Source: Ferroglobus placidus DSM 10642 | GTDB taxonomy: Archaea; Halobacteriota; Archaeoglobi; Archaeoglobales; Archaeoglobaceae | NCBI RefSeq assembly: GCF_000025505.1 | Contig: NC_013849.1 | Location: forward strand, 1,230,001 to 1,262,000 | Direction of reading: 5' to 3' | Length of the DNA: 32,000 bases | Part shown: positions 1-7,943 of the stretch, in pieces | Position numbering within the stretch: the stretch's first letter is position 1 | Layout: every line of letters begins with the position of its first letter | The notes under the pieces: model-generated | What the model was told of the DNA's origin: nothing | The model's input: only the letters and a program-made list of their open reading frames with translations | Database searches by the model: none | Translations under genes and position numbers: made by a program

Positions 1-1135
1 CCAGAATTACGAACGGCAAAGCCATTATTGCTAGAGCTATGCTGAGACTTTCTGGACCAAAGACGGGCATTATGTAGTAGGAGTACCCCATGTAGGTCTT
101 TGAAAGGATCTGTCCCCCAATTACGACGTTCCACCTCATAGCGAATACTCCTATGAGTGTTAGAACTGTAGCGAAGATGTAGAGGTACTTTCTGACGTTG
201 AACTTGAATATTCCGGTCTTTGCTATTAGCAGGAGAATTATTGGCACGAGAGTTCCGAAGAATATCTGAATTATTACGAACGAAACGAATATTTTGTCGG
301 AGATTAATGTGACTATTGCGTCAAATCCCTCTTCTTGGGTGTAGAAGATGTGTATGAGCTCCATAGCCTCAAGACCGAGGTCGAGGATGTAGCTGTAGAG
401 CAGATATCCGGCTAAAGTGTCAGTACAAGCTTTATCAGGCTCTACTCCTCTTATATAACTGCTTGCAATGTAGATCAGAAGGACCAAGGCAATTCCGGAA
501 ACCATAGCCGAGAAGAGGAAAATTATCGGCATCAGTGGCGAACTCCACCATATGTTTGCTTTTACACTACCAAAGATAAATCCAACGTAACCGTGTAGAA
601 GCGCTGCCGATGGCAAACCGACTATAGTTACAATATTGACGACCCTTTGATCGGCTTTTAAAGCTTCTTCGCTGTCGTCCCACTCTCCGAGGGTGAGAAC
701 TCTGTATATGAACCCACGAATTCCCTTGTACTCTTTAGCCCACCTGATGATATCCCTCCTGTAATCGTAGTAGATTTCCGTGAGAAGAACGATTAGTAAA
801 TACCAGGCGTAAACGAAGCCGAAACCAGCCATCGCTGAAGTTAGGTGCGGTGTAGTCATGATCTCAAAAGCTCTCTCCGGTCGTCCAAGGTGGGCGACGA
901 GTGGGAGTGGTGCGCAAAGGAGGAATGCTAATGCTGTTAGCAAAGCAAGTCTGTAAGTTGGTTTCACAGCCTCAACTTTGAAAATTCTTTCGAGCGAGGC
1001 GACTATGAAAGCTCCTGCCACCAATCCCGTGATGTAGGGATAGACGGCTATGAGAACACTCCAGTTAATTTCCACCTCGTTGGGATAAATGAATCCTTCA
1101 ACGTGCTTTAACGCCTCCCAAAGAATCTCGCTCAT
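1..1135 (-). CDS. NrfD/PsrC-like polytopic membrane subunit of a quinone-linked oxidoreductase (C-terminus cut by window edge)
   Basis: Hand translation of the minus strand from ATG 1135 (MSEILWEALKHVEGFIYPNEVEINWSVLIAVYPYITGLVAGAF...) stays open to position 2 (378 codons). The product is strongly hydrophobic with many TM-like segments. The start codon abuts the stop (1136-1138) of the Fe-S gene. The family call comes from the NrfD-like N-terminus and operon context. Confidence 0.7.
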   Translation of the reverse strand, partial: MSEILWEALKHVEGFIYPNEVEINWSVLIAVYPYITGLVAGAFIVASLERIFKVEAVKPTYRLALLTALAFLLCAPLPLVAHLGRPERAFEIMTTPHLTSAMAGFGFVYAWYLLIVLLTEIYYDYRRDIIRWAKEYKGIRGFIYRVLTLGEWDDSEEALKADQRVVNIVTIVGLPSAALLHGYVGFIFGSVKANIWWSSPLMPIIFLFSAMVSGIALVLLIYIASSYIRGVEPDKACTDTLAGYLLYSYILDLGLEAMELIHIFYTQEEGFDAIVTLISDKIFVSFVIIQIFFGTLVPIILLLIAKTGIFKFNVRKYLYIFATVLTLIGVFAMRWNVVIGGQILSKTYMGYSYYIMPVFGPESLSIALAIMALPFVIL

Positions 1136-1891
1136 TTATCTCACCTCTGAGTCGAGACCGATGTAAAACACCTTAGGCTTCGTTCCCATTTCAGGCTTTA
1201 AAACCTGAATTCTGTTCTCTTCCAGAATCTTATGGATCTCATCATTGGGATCTTTAAGATCTCCGAACTTTCTTGCTTGAGTCGGACAAACTTCAACACA
1301 TGCTGGCTTATATCCTTTCGTTACTCTGTGGTAGCACCACGTGCATTTGTCAGCAGTTCCCCTTCTGCTCTCTCTCGGACCATCAAAAGGATACAGATAT
1401 CGAGCTCCGTAAGGGCAGGCTTGAATGCAGTATCTGCAGCCTATGCAGTATTTCTCATCAACCAGAATCACACCATCTTTTGTTTTGTACGTCGCTCCAA
1501 CTGGACACACCTGAACGCATGGCGGACGGTCGCAGTGGTTGCAGAGCTTTGGAACGAAGTAGGACTTTGCTATAGCCCTCTCGTCGTAAATTGTCGGAAA
1601 GCCCTCCATACCTCCGTTGGGAGAGTCAACTTTCGGCTCCTTCTCTTCCTTCAACCAAACCCATCTCTCAACCCATGTTCTGAAGTAAAAGGGAAGCATC
1701 GGAACCTCGTTTTCTATTTTACAAGCCCTTACGCACCTTCCACAGCCAATGCACTTCCTCGTATCCACAACGAACGCGTAGTAGTGTGCGTTCCAGTCGT
1801 AGTCTTCGGTTGGTTCCGCAAAAGCTCTCCTTTTTATTCCGAAAATCCCGAATAAAGCTGTGAGAGCGAGCAAGAACTTCCTCCTCTTCAT
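1136..1891 (-). CDS. Tat-exported 4x[4Fe-4S] ferredoxin-type subunit (NrfC/PsrB/DmsB-like)
   Basis: 251-aa ORF with a twin-arginine signal MKRRKFLLALTALFGIFGIKRRAFA. Four Cys clusters are present: CIGCGRCVRAC, CNHCDRPPCVQVCP, CIGCRYCIQACP and CTWC...CVEVCP. Confidence 0.9.
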   Translation of the reverse strand: MKRRKFLLALTALFGIFGIKRRAFAEPTEDYDWNAHYYAFVVDTRKCIGCGRCVRACKIENEVPMLPFYFRTWVERWVWLKEEKEPKVDSPNGGMEGFPTIYDERAIAKSYFVPKLCNHCDRPPCVQVCPVGATYKTKDGVILVDEKYCIGCRYCIQACPYGARYLYPFDGPRESRRGTADKCTWCYHRVTKGYKPACVEVCPTQARKFGDLKDPNDEIHKILEENRIQVLKPEMGTKPKVFYIGLDSEVR

Positions 1892-2367
1892 TCAGTCACA
1901 CCTCCCTTGAACACCCACGGCGAATGCGGATCGTGACACTCTACGCACATTCTACCGTATCCGTGCTCGTCGGTAAACTTCTGCGGAAAACCGGCTGGAC
2001 GAGTGGGATTGTATTCGTGGCAAAGCTTACAGAGCTCCCTCGTCGTGTCTACAGTTGGATGGTACTTTTTCGGGTCCTTTACGTGCTTCATACTCGGTCC
2101 GTGGCAAGTTTCGCAGCTAAGAGTTCTGTGTGCTCCGTTTTCAAGAAAATCGTACCTTTCTTTGTGGCAATCAGCGCACATTTCCTTCGTTGCAAACTTC
2201 ATATCGAGCTGCATGATCTCTCTGACCGAATCTCCTCTAAACCATCTATACGTGTAGTCGTCCGTGAATTCTCCAAATGTCGGAGGTACTATGAAACTCC
2301 TAACTATCAGGAAGATTAGTATCGCCGATAGATACAGCGTTAAAGCCTTTGCGTGTATTCTCCTCAC
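1888..2367 (-). CDS. membrane-anchored tetrahaem c-type cytochrome
   Basis: 159-aa ORF with a GTG start preceded by GGAGGTGA. It has an N-terminal TM helix (LTLYLSAILIFLIVRSFIV) and four CxxCH motifs (CADCH, CETCH, CKLCH, CVECH). It shares a 4-nt overlap with the Fe-S gene. Confidence 0.9.
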   Translation of the reverse strand: MRRIHAKALTLYLSAILIFLIVRSFIVPPTFGEFTDDYTYRWFRGDSVREIMQLDMKFATKEMCADCHKERYDFLENGAHRTLSCETCHGPSMKHVKDPKKYHPTVDTTRELCKLCHEYNPTRPAGFPQKFTDEHGYGRMCVECHDPHSPWVFKGGVTE

Positions 2368-2554
2368 GATTTCACCTCCAATTAAAAATAACCTACCTTA
2401 AACCCGATCTTATGTATATTAATCTTTTCATTTTCGAGTTTCATACTTTAGAAAGCCGGAAACTAAAAAATATTTTTATTTTAAGTTCTTATTTTAAAGT
2501 GTTTGAAAATTTGCAAAAAAGGGTTAAGCGAGATTTAAAAATTAAATTTGAAAA

Positions 2555-2893
2555 TCAGTCCGCTCTTATCTCCGCCCACTTGTCCTCGCTTTCGTAAACT
2601 CTAACTCTGACAACGCTCAGTCCGCGATCTTTCAACCTTCTGAAGATCTCAAGACAGATGTTTTCGGAGGTCGGAATTTCAATTATCTCGTTAATTATCC
2701 TGTGGTCGAACTCCTTAAGAACTTCTTTCAACTCCTTTTTTAAGTCGAGGAAGTCCATAACCATTCCGTTCTCCTTTACTTCCCCTTCAATTTCCACCTC
2801 AACTTTGAAGTTATGTCCGTGGATCTTGCCACACTTCCAGTGTTCGGGAATGTAGTGAGCGGCGCTAAACACCTCGCTTACTCCGATCCTCAT
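2555..2893 (-). CDS. queD: 6-carboxy-5,6,7,8-tetrahydropterin synthase
   Basis: Internal Met of the 154-aa track ORF: MRIGVSEVFSAAHYIPEHWKCGKIHGHNFKVEVEIEG. It carries the CxxxHGH motif typical of QueD/PTPS. ATG 2893 overlaps the queE stop by 1 nt. Confidence 0.85.
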   Translation of the reverse strand: MRIGVSEVFSAAHYIPEHWKCGKIHGHNFKVEVEIEGEVKENGMVMDFLDLKKELKEVLKEFDHRIINEIIEIPTSENICLEIFRRLKDRGLSVVRVRVYESEDKWAEIRAD

Positions 2894-3567
2894 TACCTCA
2901 CCCCCAGATACTTGTGGACTTGAGGAATTATTCTTGCGTCGCTGAATTCGAGAATCGCTTCCTGCAATTTTAAAATGTTTTCCCCGAACGTTCCGAAGAC
3001 CGGCTGGAGCACGAAACACCTGACGTAATCTTTAATTTCCATCGCTGAATTTAACACTTCCTCGAAATTGAACTTCGGTGGAAGAACTATCTTGCAGAAG
3101 GTTACTCTCTTTCTCGTGTCTCTCAGAATTTTGTAACACTTTACGGTCCTTTCGAAAACCTCATCGTAATTTTCCACAGCCTCTCTAACCTTTAAATCTC
3201 CAGCAACTACGTCGAAAAACCTGACCTTCTTCGCTTTCTCTGGGAGAGTCATGTTTGATTCGAGGTAAAACTTCTTGGTTTTTTTGAGACTGGCTATGAA
3301 ATCTGCGTAAAGCAAAGGCTCTCCTCCCGTGAACGAAACGGAGTGGATTCTCTCGCTTTCGTCTATTATTCTCTGCACATAATCCAATTCTACGGGATTT
3401 TTTCTCACCTCGTTGTAAGCGTAGTTAACGCAATCCTCGTTGTAAGTTGTGTCGCAGTAGTAGCAGTTTAGGTTGCACCCGTAGAATCTGATGAAGAGCT
3501 GCCTAACGCCGCAGAAAATTCCCTCTCCTTGAATTGAGTAAAAAATCTCACTGATTTTTGCCTTCAT
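2893..3567 (-). CDS. queE: 7-carboxy-7-deazaguanine synthase (radical SAM)
   Basis: 224-aa ORF with N-terminal SIQGEG and the radical-SAM cluster motif CNLNCYYCDT. It lies between queC and queD. Confidence 0.85.
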   Translation of the reverse strand: MKAKISEIFYSIQGEGIFCGVRQLFIRFYGCNLNCYYCDTTYNEDCVNYAYNEVRKNPVELDYVQRIIDESERIHSVSFTGGEPLLYADFIASLKKTKKFYLESNMTLPEKAKKVRFFDVVAGDLKVREAVENYDEVFERTVKCYKILRDTRKRVTFCKIVLPPKFNFEEVLNSAMEIKDYVRCFVLQPVFGTFGENILKLQEAILEFSDARIIPQVHKYLGVR

Positions 3568-4279
3568 ACTCTTTCTTCTTCTCCTCGTAAATCTTTACAG
3601 CCCTCTCCCATTCTTCATCGCTCAAAAGCGGATCTTTAGCGTCGTTTAGAAGAAACGCTTCGGTCCTTTCCAAGCAGGTTCCGCAGCTAAGGCAAGGTCT
3701 CTCTCCTCCTTCGTAGCAGCTCCAAGTGTGTTCGTAGGGAACTTTAAGCTCCAAGCCGAGCTTGACGATCTCAGCTTTAGTCATGTCGACGAAGGGAGCG
3801 CGAAGCTCCACTGGCGTCCAGAGGTTCCCGAGGTATAAAGCTGTGTCCAACGCTTTTACGAACTCTTTTCTGCAGTCCGGATATACGCTGTAATCGCTTT
3901 TGTGAGCGGCGTAAAAAACTTCTGCCGCTCCAATTTTGACCGCATATCCGGCAGCTATCGAAAGTAATATCATGTTCCTGTTCGGGACGATCGTTCTTCT
4001 CTGAACTTCTTCCGTGTAAAAAGCTTTAGGCACGTCCTCATCCGAAGTCAACGCTCCTTTGGCTATGAGCTCGTGGATGGAAGAGATGTCAACAACTTTA
4101 TGCTCGACTTTTCCAACTTTTTTGGCTTCTTCAACTATCCTCTTCGAATACTCTATCTCTTTAGAGTGCCTCTGCCCGTAGTAAAAAGTTAGAGCGTGAA
4201 CCTCGTATCCCTTCTTCAATAGGTAATAGAGCAGAGTTGAGCTGTCTATCCCTCCGCTTAGTATGAGCACCCCTCTCAT
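3548..4279 (-). CDS. queC: 7-cyano-7-deazaguanine (preQ0) synthase
   Basis: 243-aa ORF with the PP-loop LSGGIDSS at the N-terminus and a C-terminal Zn-binding cysteine cluster CYEGGERPCLSCGTCLER. Confidence 0.9.
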   Translation of the reverse strand: MRGVLILSGGIDSSTLLYYLLKKGYEVHALTFYYGQRHSKEIEYSKRIVEEAKKVGKVEHKVVDISSIHELIAKGALTSDEDVPKAFYTEEVQRRTIVPNRNMILLSIAAGYAVKIGAAEVFYAAHKSDYSVYPDCRKEFVKALDTALYLGNLWTPVELRAPFVDMTKAEIVKLGLELKVPYEHTWSCYEGGERPCLSCGTCLERTEAFLLNDAKDPLLSDEEWERAVKIYEEKKKEYEGKNQ

Positions 4280-4282
4280 GCT

Positions 4283-4579
4283 TCACCTCCTGATTCTGTA
4301 CTTTTTGAATCCGAGGGAAGTTAAAGCTTTGCACCAAAGCTCAACTTCTTCTTTCACTCTCTCGTCGATAAAGCACACTCCGCTTTCGTCGATAAAAGCA
4401 GCGAGCTCATCGTCGAGGTAAAAAGAAATTCTCTTGTTTTCAATTCTGATTTCGATCGGTTCGTCGTAGATGATTAGAGCGTCTCCTATTTTTACCGCTT
4501 TTTCTCCGAGTATTTTTTCGAGAACCTCTTTTCTTTCCGAGATTTTTTTATAAACCTCTCTCCAGTCCACAAGAAACAT
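4283..4579 (-). CDS. hypothetical 98-aa protein, first gene of the queC-E-D transcription unit
   Basis: The ORF ends 3 nt before the queC start on the same strand. I recognise no motif. Confidence 0.6.
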   Translation of the reverse strand: MFLVDWREVYKKISERKEVLEKILGEKAVKIGDALIIYDEPIEIRIENKRISFYLDDELAAFIDESGVCFIDERVKEEVELWCKALTSLGFKKYRIRR

Positions 4580-4591
4580 CTTTGCAAAGAT
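4578..4591. repeat. 14-bp perfect palindrome ATCTTTGCAAAGAT (candidate operator in a 40-bp divergent promoter)
   Basis: Read directly. It overlaps the start codon (4577-4579) of the 98-aa/queCED unit and abuts the TATA-like ATTTAAAAG of the GGR gene. Confidence 0.35.
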
Positions 4592-4619
4592 TTAAAAGTT
4601 GTTGTCGCTTCGAGCTGCT

Positions 4620-5747
4620 ATGGATGTGGTCGTTGCTGGAGTTGGTGTTGCCGGAAGCTTCGCTCTACATTACCTCCCGAAAAATTTTGAAGTTGTCGGA
4701 ATAGACAAAAGAACTAAACTCGGTTATCCGGTGGAGTGCGGAGAAATCGTTCCCGTTAAAAAGGAAATGAAAGCTCTTCTACCGAATCTGGACGATTACT
4801 CCATCTTCGAAATTCCGAAAAAGTTCGAGAGCAACAGGACGAGGTGGATGAAATTCGTCCTTCCAAATGGTAGAGAGATAGATGTCGAGTTCGAAATGCA
4901 CGTAATAAGGAGAGACGAGATGATCAGAACGTTGGCTGAAAACTCCGGGCATAGGCTAATTCTCGGAAAGACGTTCGATTTTGACGGTGATATCATTGTG
5001 GAGGGGAGAAGACTCGAAAGCAAAGTCATCATTGGCTCCGATGGAGCTAATTCGAGGATAAGGAGAAGACTCGGCTTAAAATTCGAAATCTCTCCGGCAA
5101 AGCAGTACGTAGTTAGGGGATTTGAGGGAGAGGAGGATACGATATACATGTACGTGGGAAAGAAAATTGCCGCCGGAGGCTACGCGTGGATAATCCCTAA
5201 AGGAGATAGTGTAGCTAACGTTGGGACTGGATTTAGAGCGGAATACGCTGAGAAAGGAGATAACATTCACAAAGCTCTCGATAGGTTTTTGAGAGAGTAT
5301 CCTTACAGCAGCAGGATGCTTAAAAAAGCTGAGATAATTCAGAAAATTGGAGCAGTCGTCCCTATCGACTTGCCGGTGAAAAGCGTTCACGGAAAAGTGA
5401 TTTTATCAGGAGATTCGGCGAGCATGATAATAAGTCACGTCGGAGCCGGCATCCCTCCTTCCATGGTCGCTGGAAAGATCGCTGCTGAGGTCGTTACGGA
5501 ATTCCTTAACGGAAGTGTAGAGCTTGAGGAATACGAGAGGAGGTGGAAGGATGCTATGTACGACGTCATGGTTAGAAGTAACTACTTAAAAAGGATGTGG
5601 GATAAAATAGCTGAGAGAGACGAGAGAGTGAACAAGCTCTTCAGAATCGTAAGCGAAAAAGATATGAGCGCAATTTTGCGAGCTAAAATTCCAATGAAAA
5701 TTAAATTTGCATCCATTTTACTTCCCGTAGTTACGACATTTTTGTAA
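4620..5747 (+). CDS. geranylgeranyl reductase-family FAD-dependent oxidoreductase
   Basis: Starts MDVVVAGVGVAGSF (GxGxxG dinucleotide fold), then GSDGANSRIR, GGYAWIIPKG and LSGDSAS, which match GGR family motifs. ATG 4620 is preferred over the track TTG 4599 because the TATA-like ATTTAAAAG lies about 25 nt upstream. Confidence 0.8.
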   Translation: MDVVVAGVGVAGSFALHYLPKNFEVVGIDKRTKLGYPVECGEIVPVKKEMKALLPNLDDYSIFEIPKKFESNRTRWMKFVLPNGREIDVEFEMHVIRRDEMIRTLAENSGHRLILGKTFDFDGDIIVEGRRLESKVIIGSDGANSRIRRRLGLKFEISPAKQYVVRGFEGEEDTIYMYVGKKIAAGGYAWIIPKGDSVANVGTGFRAEYAEKGDNIHKALDRFLREYPYSSRMLKKAEIIQKIGAVVPIDLPVKSVHGKVILSGDSASMIISHVGAGIPPSMVAGKIAAEVVTEFLNGSVELEEYERRWKDAMYDVMVRSNYLKRMWDKIAERDERVNKLFRIVSEKDMSAILRAKIPMKIKFASILLPVVTTFL

Positions 5748-5791
5748 GAAAAACTTTTAATGAAACTCTCGGATAGTAGAAAAATATTCGG

Positions 5792-6262
5792 GTGATAAAT
5801 ATGAGCCTTGAAAAAATGTTTCTCCACGAAAAAGTCGTGGACATCCTTCTGAAGATCCTTGAAGTTGAAAAGAGCGGGAAAGTGCCGTATCCGCTGAAAA
5901 TTTCGAAAGAGGTAGGTTCTCCGTACAGCTACATTTCCAAGGTCCTCAGCGAATTCGAAAAGCACGCGCTCATAGAGAGCGAGATGAAGGGGAGGAAGAG
6001 GACTGTAAAGCTCACGGAAGACGGCAGAAGAGTGGCTGAACTTCTGCAAAAGCTTAAAGAAGAATTAAAAAAGGACTTCGTCGCAAGGAAAAAGCTCGCG
6101 ATACTGAACTCATTCGTTCAGAGCTTGAACGGCTCGAACGTTAAAGAGGAGACGGTGTTGCCTCTCTTAGCTGAGGTGAGAAATTTAAAGAATACCGATG
6201 ACTTGGAAGTTAAGGAGAAAGCTGAAAGCCTCGAAAAATCGTTAATGGAGATGCTCAAATGA
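5792..6262 (+). CDS. winged-helix DNA-binding protein with C-terminal coiled coil
   Basis: 156-aa ORF (GTG 5792 or ATG 5801). The wHTH-like core is PLKISKEVGSPYSYISKVLSEFEKHALIESEMKGRKRTVKLTEDGRRV, followed by a K/E-rich helix. It shares an ATGA overlap with the next gene. Confidence 0.65.
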   Translation: MINMSLEKMFLHEKVVDILLKILEVEKSGKVPYPLKISKEVGSPYSYISKVLSEFEKHALIESEMKGRKRTVKLTEDGRRVAELLQKLKEELKKDFVARKKLAILNSFVQSLNGSNVKEETVLPLLAEVRNLKNTDDLEVKEKAESLEKSLMEMLK

Positions 6263-7458
6263 TGGAGAAAATTTTTGAAAGAGTTGAGAGTTACAGAGAC
6301 TTTTCCGTAGAAGTTCTTTCTAAGCTAATCGAAATAAAAGCTCTCTCTCCAGAAAACGGAGGGGATGGAGAGTACGAAAAAGCTGAATACGTCGAATCTC
6401 TCCTCGAAAACTTAAAGGTTAGGAGGTACGACGCTAAGGATGACAGAGTAAGCTCTGGAGTTCGACCCAACATAGTGGCTGAGCTTGAGGGGGAAGAGAA
6501 GAGAAGGCTCTGGATCGTCACGCACCTCGATGTCGTTCCGGAGGGAGACATTTCTCTGTGGGAGAGCGATCCGTTCAAAGCTGTTTACAAGGACGGCAAA
6601 GTCTATGGAAGGGGGAGCGAAGATAACGGGCAGAGCTTGGTCGGTTCGATAATAGCTGCTAAAGCTCTGATAGATCTTGAAATCACTCCAAAGTTAACAT
6701 TGTCCTTAGCCTTCGTTTCCGATGAAGAGACCGGAAGCAGGTACGGAATTCAGCATTTAATAAACTTGGGCGTTTTTCGCAAAGACGATCTAATTCTCGT
6801 CCCCGACGCCGGTTTTCCGAAGGGAGATAAAATAGAGATTGCGGAGAAAAACATCCTATGGTTGAAGATTACGGTTTTAGGAAAGCAAGGACATGCGAGC
6901 AGACCCGATTTGTGTAAAAATGCGAACAGAAAGGCAATGCAGCTGCTCGTCGAACTCGATAAAGAGTTGCATAAGAAGTTTTCTAAGAGAAACGACCTGT
7001 TTAACCCTCCTTATTCTACCTTCGAGCCTACGAAGAGGGAGAAAAATGTAGATAACATAAACACGATTCCGGGGAGAGACGTTAGCTACATAGACTGTCG
7101 AATTTTGCCGGAGTATAAGAACGAGGAAGTGATCGAATTCGTTAAAGAATTCGTTGAGAAAAGAAAGGAAGACTTTGAAGTTTTCGTCGACGTAGTTCAG
7201 GATGAGAGTTCCCCTCCAACGAAAGAAGACAGCGAGATCGTTCAGAGATTGATGAGGGCGATAAAAGTTGCGAGAAATATAGATGCCAAGCTTTGCGGAA
7301 TCGGAGGGAATACTTGTGCAGCTTTCTTCAGAAAAGCAGGGTTTGAAACAGCTGTCTGGAGCACGACGGACGGAAAAGCTCACGAGCCGAACGAATATGC
7401 GAAAATAGACAACCTGATAGAAGACGCCAAGGTTTTCGCTTTGCTGCCAGTTTTATGA
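6259..7458 (+). CDS. M20-family metallopeptidase/deacylase (ArgE/DapE-type)
   Basis: 399-aa ORF with THLDVVPEGD, GRGSEDNGQ and SDEETGS metal-ligand motifs typical of the ArgE/DapE/CPG2 family. Confidence 0.8.
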   Translation: MMEKIFERVESYRDFSVEVLSKLIEIKALSPENGGDGEYEKAEYVESLLENLKVRRYDAKDDRVSSGVRPNIVAELEGEEKRRLWIVTHLDVVPEGDISLWESDPFKAVYKDGKVYGRGSEDNGQSLVGSIIAAKALIDLEITPKLTLSLAFVSDEETGSRYGIQHLINLGVFRKDDLILVPDAGFPKGDKIEIAEKNILWLKITVLGKQGHASRPDLCKNANRKAMQLLVELDKELHKKFSKRNDLFNPPYSTFEPTKREKNVDNINTIPGRDVSYIDCRILPEYKNEEVIEFVKEFVEKRKEDFEVFVDVVQDESSPPTKEDSEIVQRLMRAIKVARNIDAKLCGIGGNTCAAFFRKAGFETAVWSTTDGKAHEPNEYAKIDNLIEDAKVFALLPVL

Positions 7459-7469
7459 GAAAAACTGTA

Positions 7470-7523
7470 GCTCCGCCAACCGACCCGTGCTCATGCTTGT
7501 CACACGGGCGTGAGAGGCGGAGC
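7470..7523. other. GC-rich two-helix hairpin (candidate small structured RNA or protein-binding element)
   Basis: GCTCCGCC (7470-7477) pairs with GGCGGAGC (7516-7523). The inner helix is CCCGTG/CACGGG with a 13-nt loop. By hand count 37 of 54 nt are G+C, in an otherwise AT-rich spacer. Confidence 0.3.
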
Positions 7524-7568
7524 CAATATAATTTCTGTTCTCCAACTATAAATGTTTTTCCTCGAATT

Positions 7569-7718
7569 TCAAGCTGAAAACTTCTTTAAAGTTCTTAGAA
7601 TTCTTTCTATCGCCCCTGCAAGCTCTACGTAAAATATAATCGCAAAAATAACGAGCTTGTATGCGTTGCCGAGCCTAACTTTTTGCGGTAGCAGAATAAT
7701 CAGCACGAGAAGCGGCAA
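7569..7718 (-). CDS. possible 49-aa small hydrophobic protein (very tentative)
   Basis: Hand translation from TTG 7718: LPLLVLIILLPQKVRLGNAYKLVIFAIIFYVELAGAIERILRTLKKFSA*. An ATG at 7746 lies in a different frame and stops after 23 codons. Confidence 0.15.
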   Translation of the reverse strand: MPLLVLIILLPQKVRLGNAYKLVIFAIIFYVELAGAIERILRTLKKFSA

Positions 7719-7910
7719 ATAAAGATACTTTCAGCGATGTTTTCATAGCACTAAATTCTTAAAACAGTTTAATAAACGTTGTCGAAAGGATTTTAGAGGA
7801 AGTTAAACTCGCTTAAAATTGCTGGGCAAACTCGTTACGATGAGCGAGTTTTTTATGGATCTACAAATCGCTTTAAACCCGTTAAATTCGACGAACGTCG
7901 ATACCAGAAA

Positions 7911-7921
7911 GTATTTAAAAA
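7911..7921 (+). promoter_or_regulatory. radA TATA box with purine-rich BRE-like AGAAAG
   Basis: CCAGAAAGTATTTAAAAAA is centred about 28 nt upstream of ATG 7944. No SD is present, which implies a leaderless or near-leaderless mRNA. Confidence 0.45.
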
Positions 7922-7943
7922 ACTCGATTGAAGCTTATGCAAT

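Noticed and set aside
1232-1855. 207-aa and 100-aa + strand ORFs inside the Fe-S subunit gene
   Set aside because: The opposite strand encodes a protein with a Tat signal and four canonical ferredoxin Cys clusters. The + strand products are featureless.
2894-3019. N-terminal extension of queD (the 154-aa track ORF)
   Set aside because: The extension lies wholly inside queE in another frame. It is R/S/G-rich and unlike QueD. The conserved QueD sequence begins at Met 2893.
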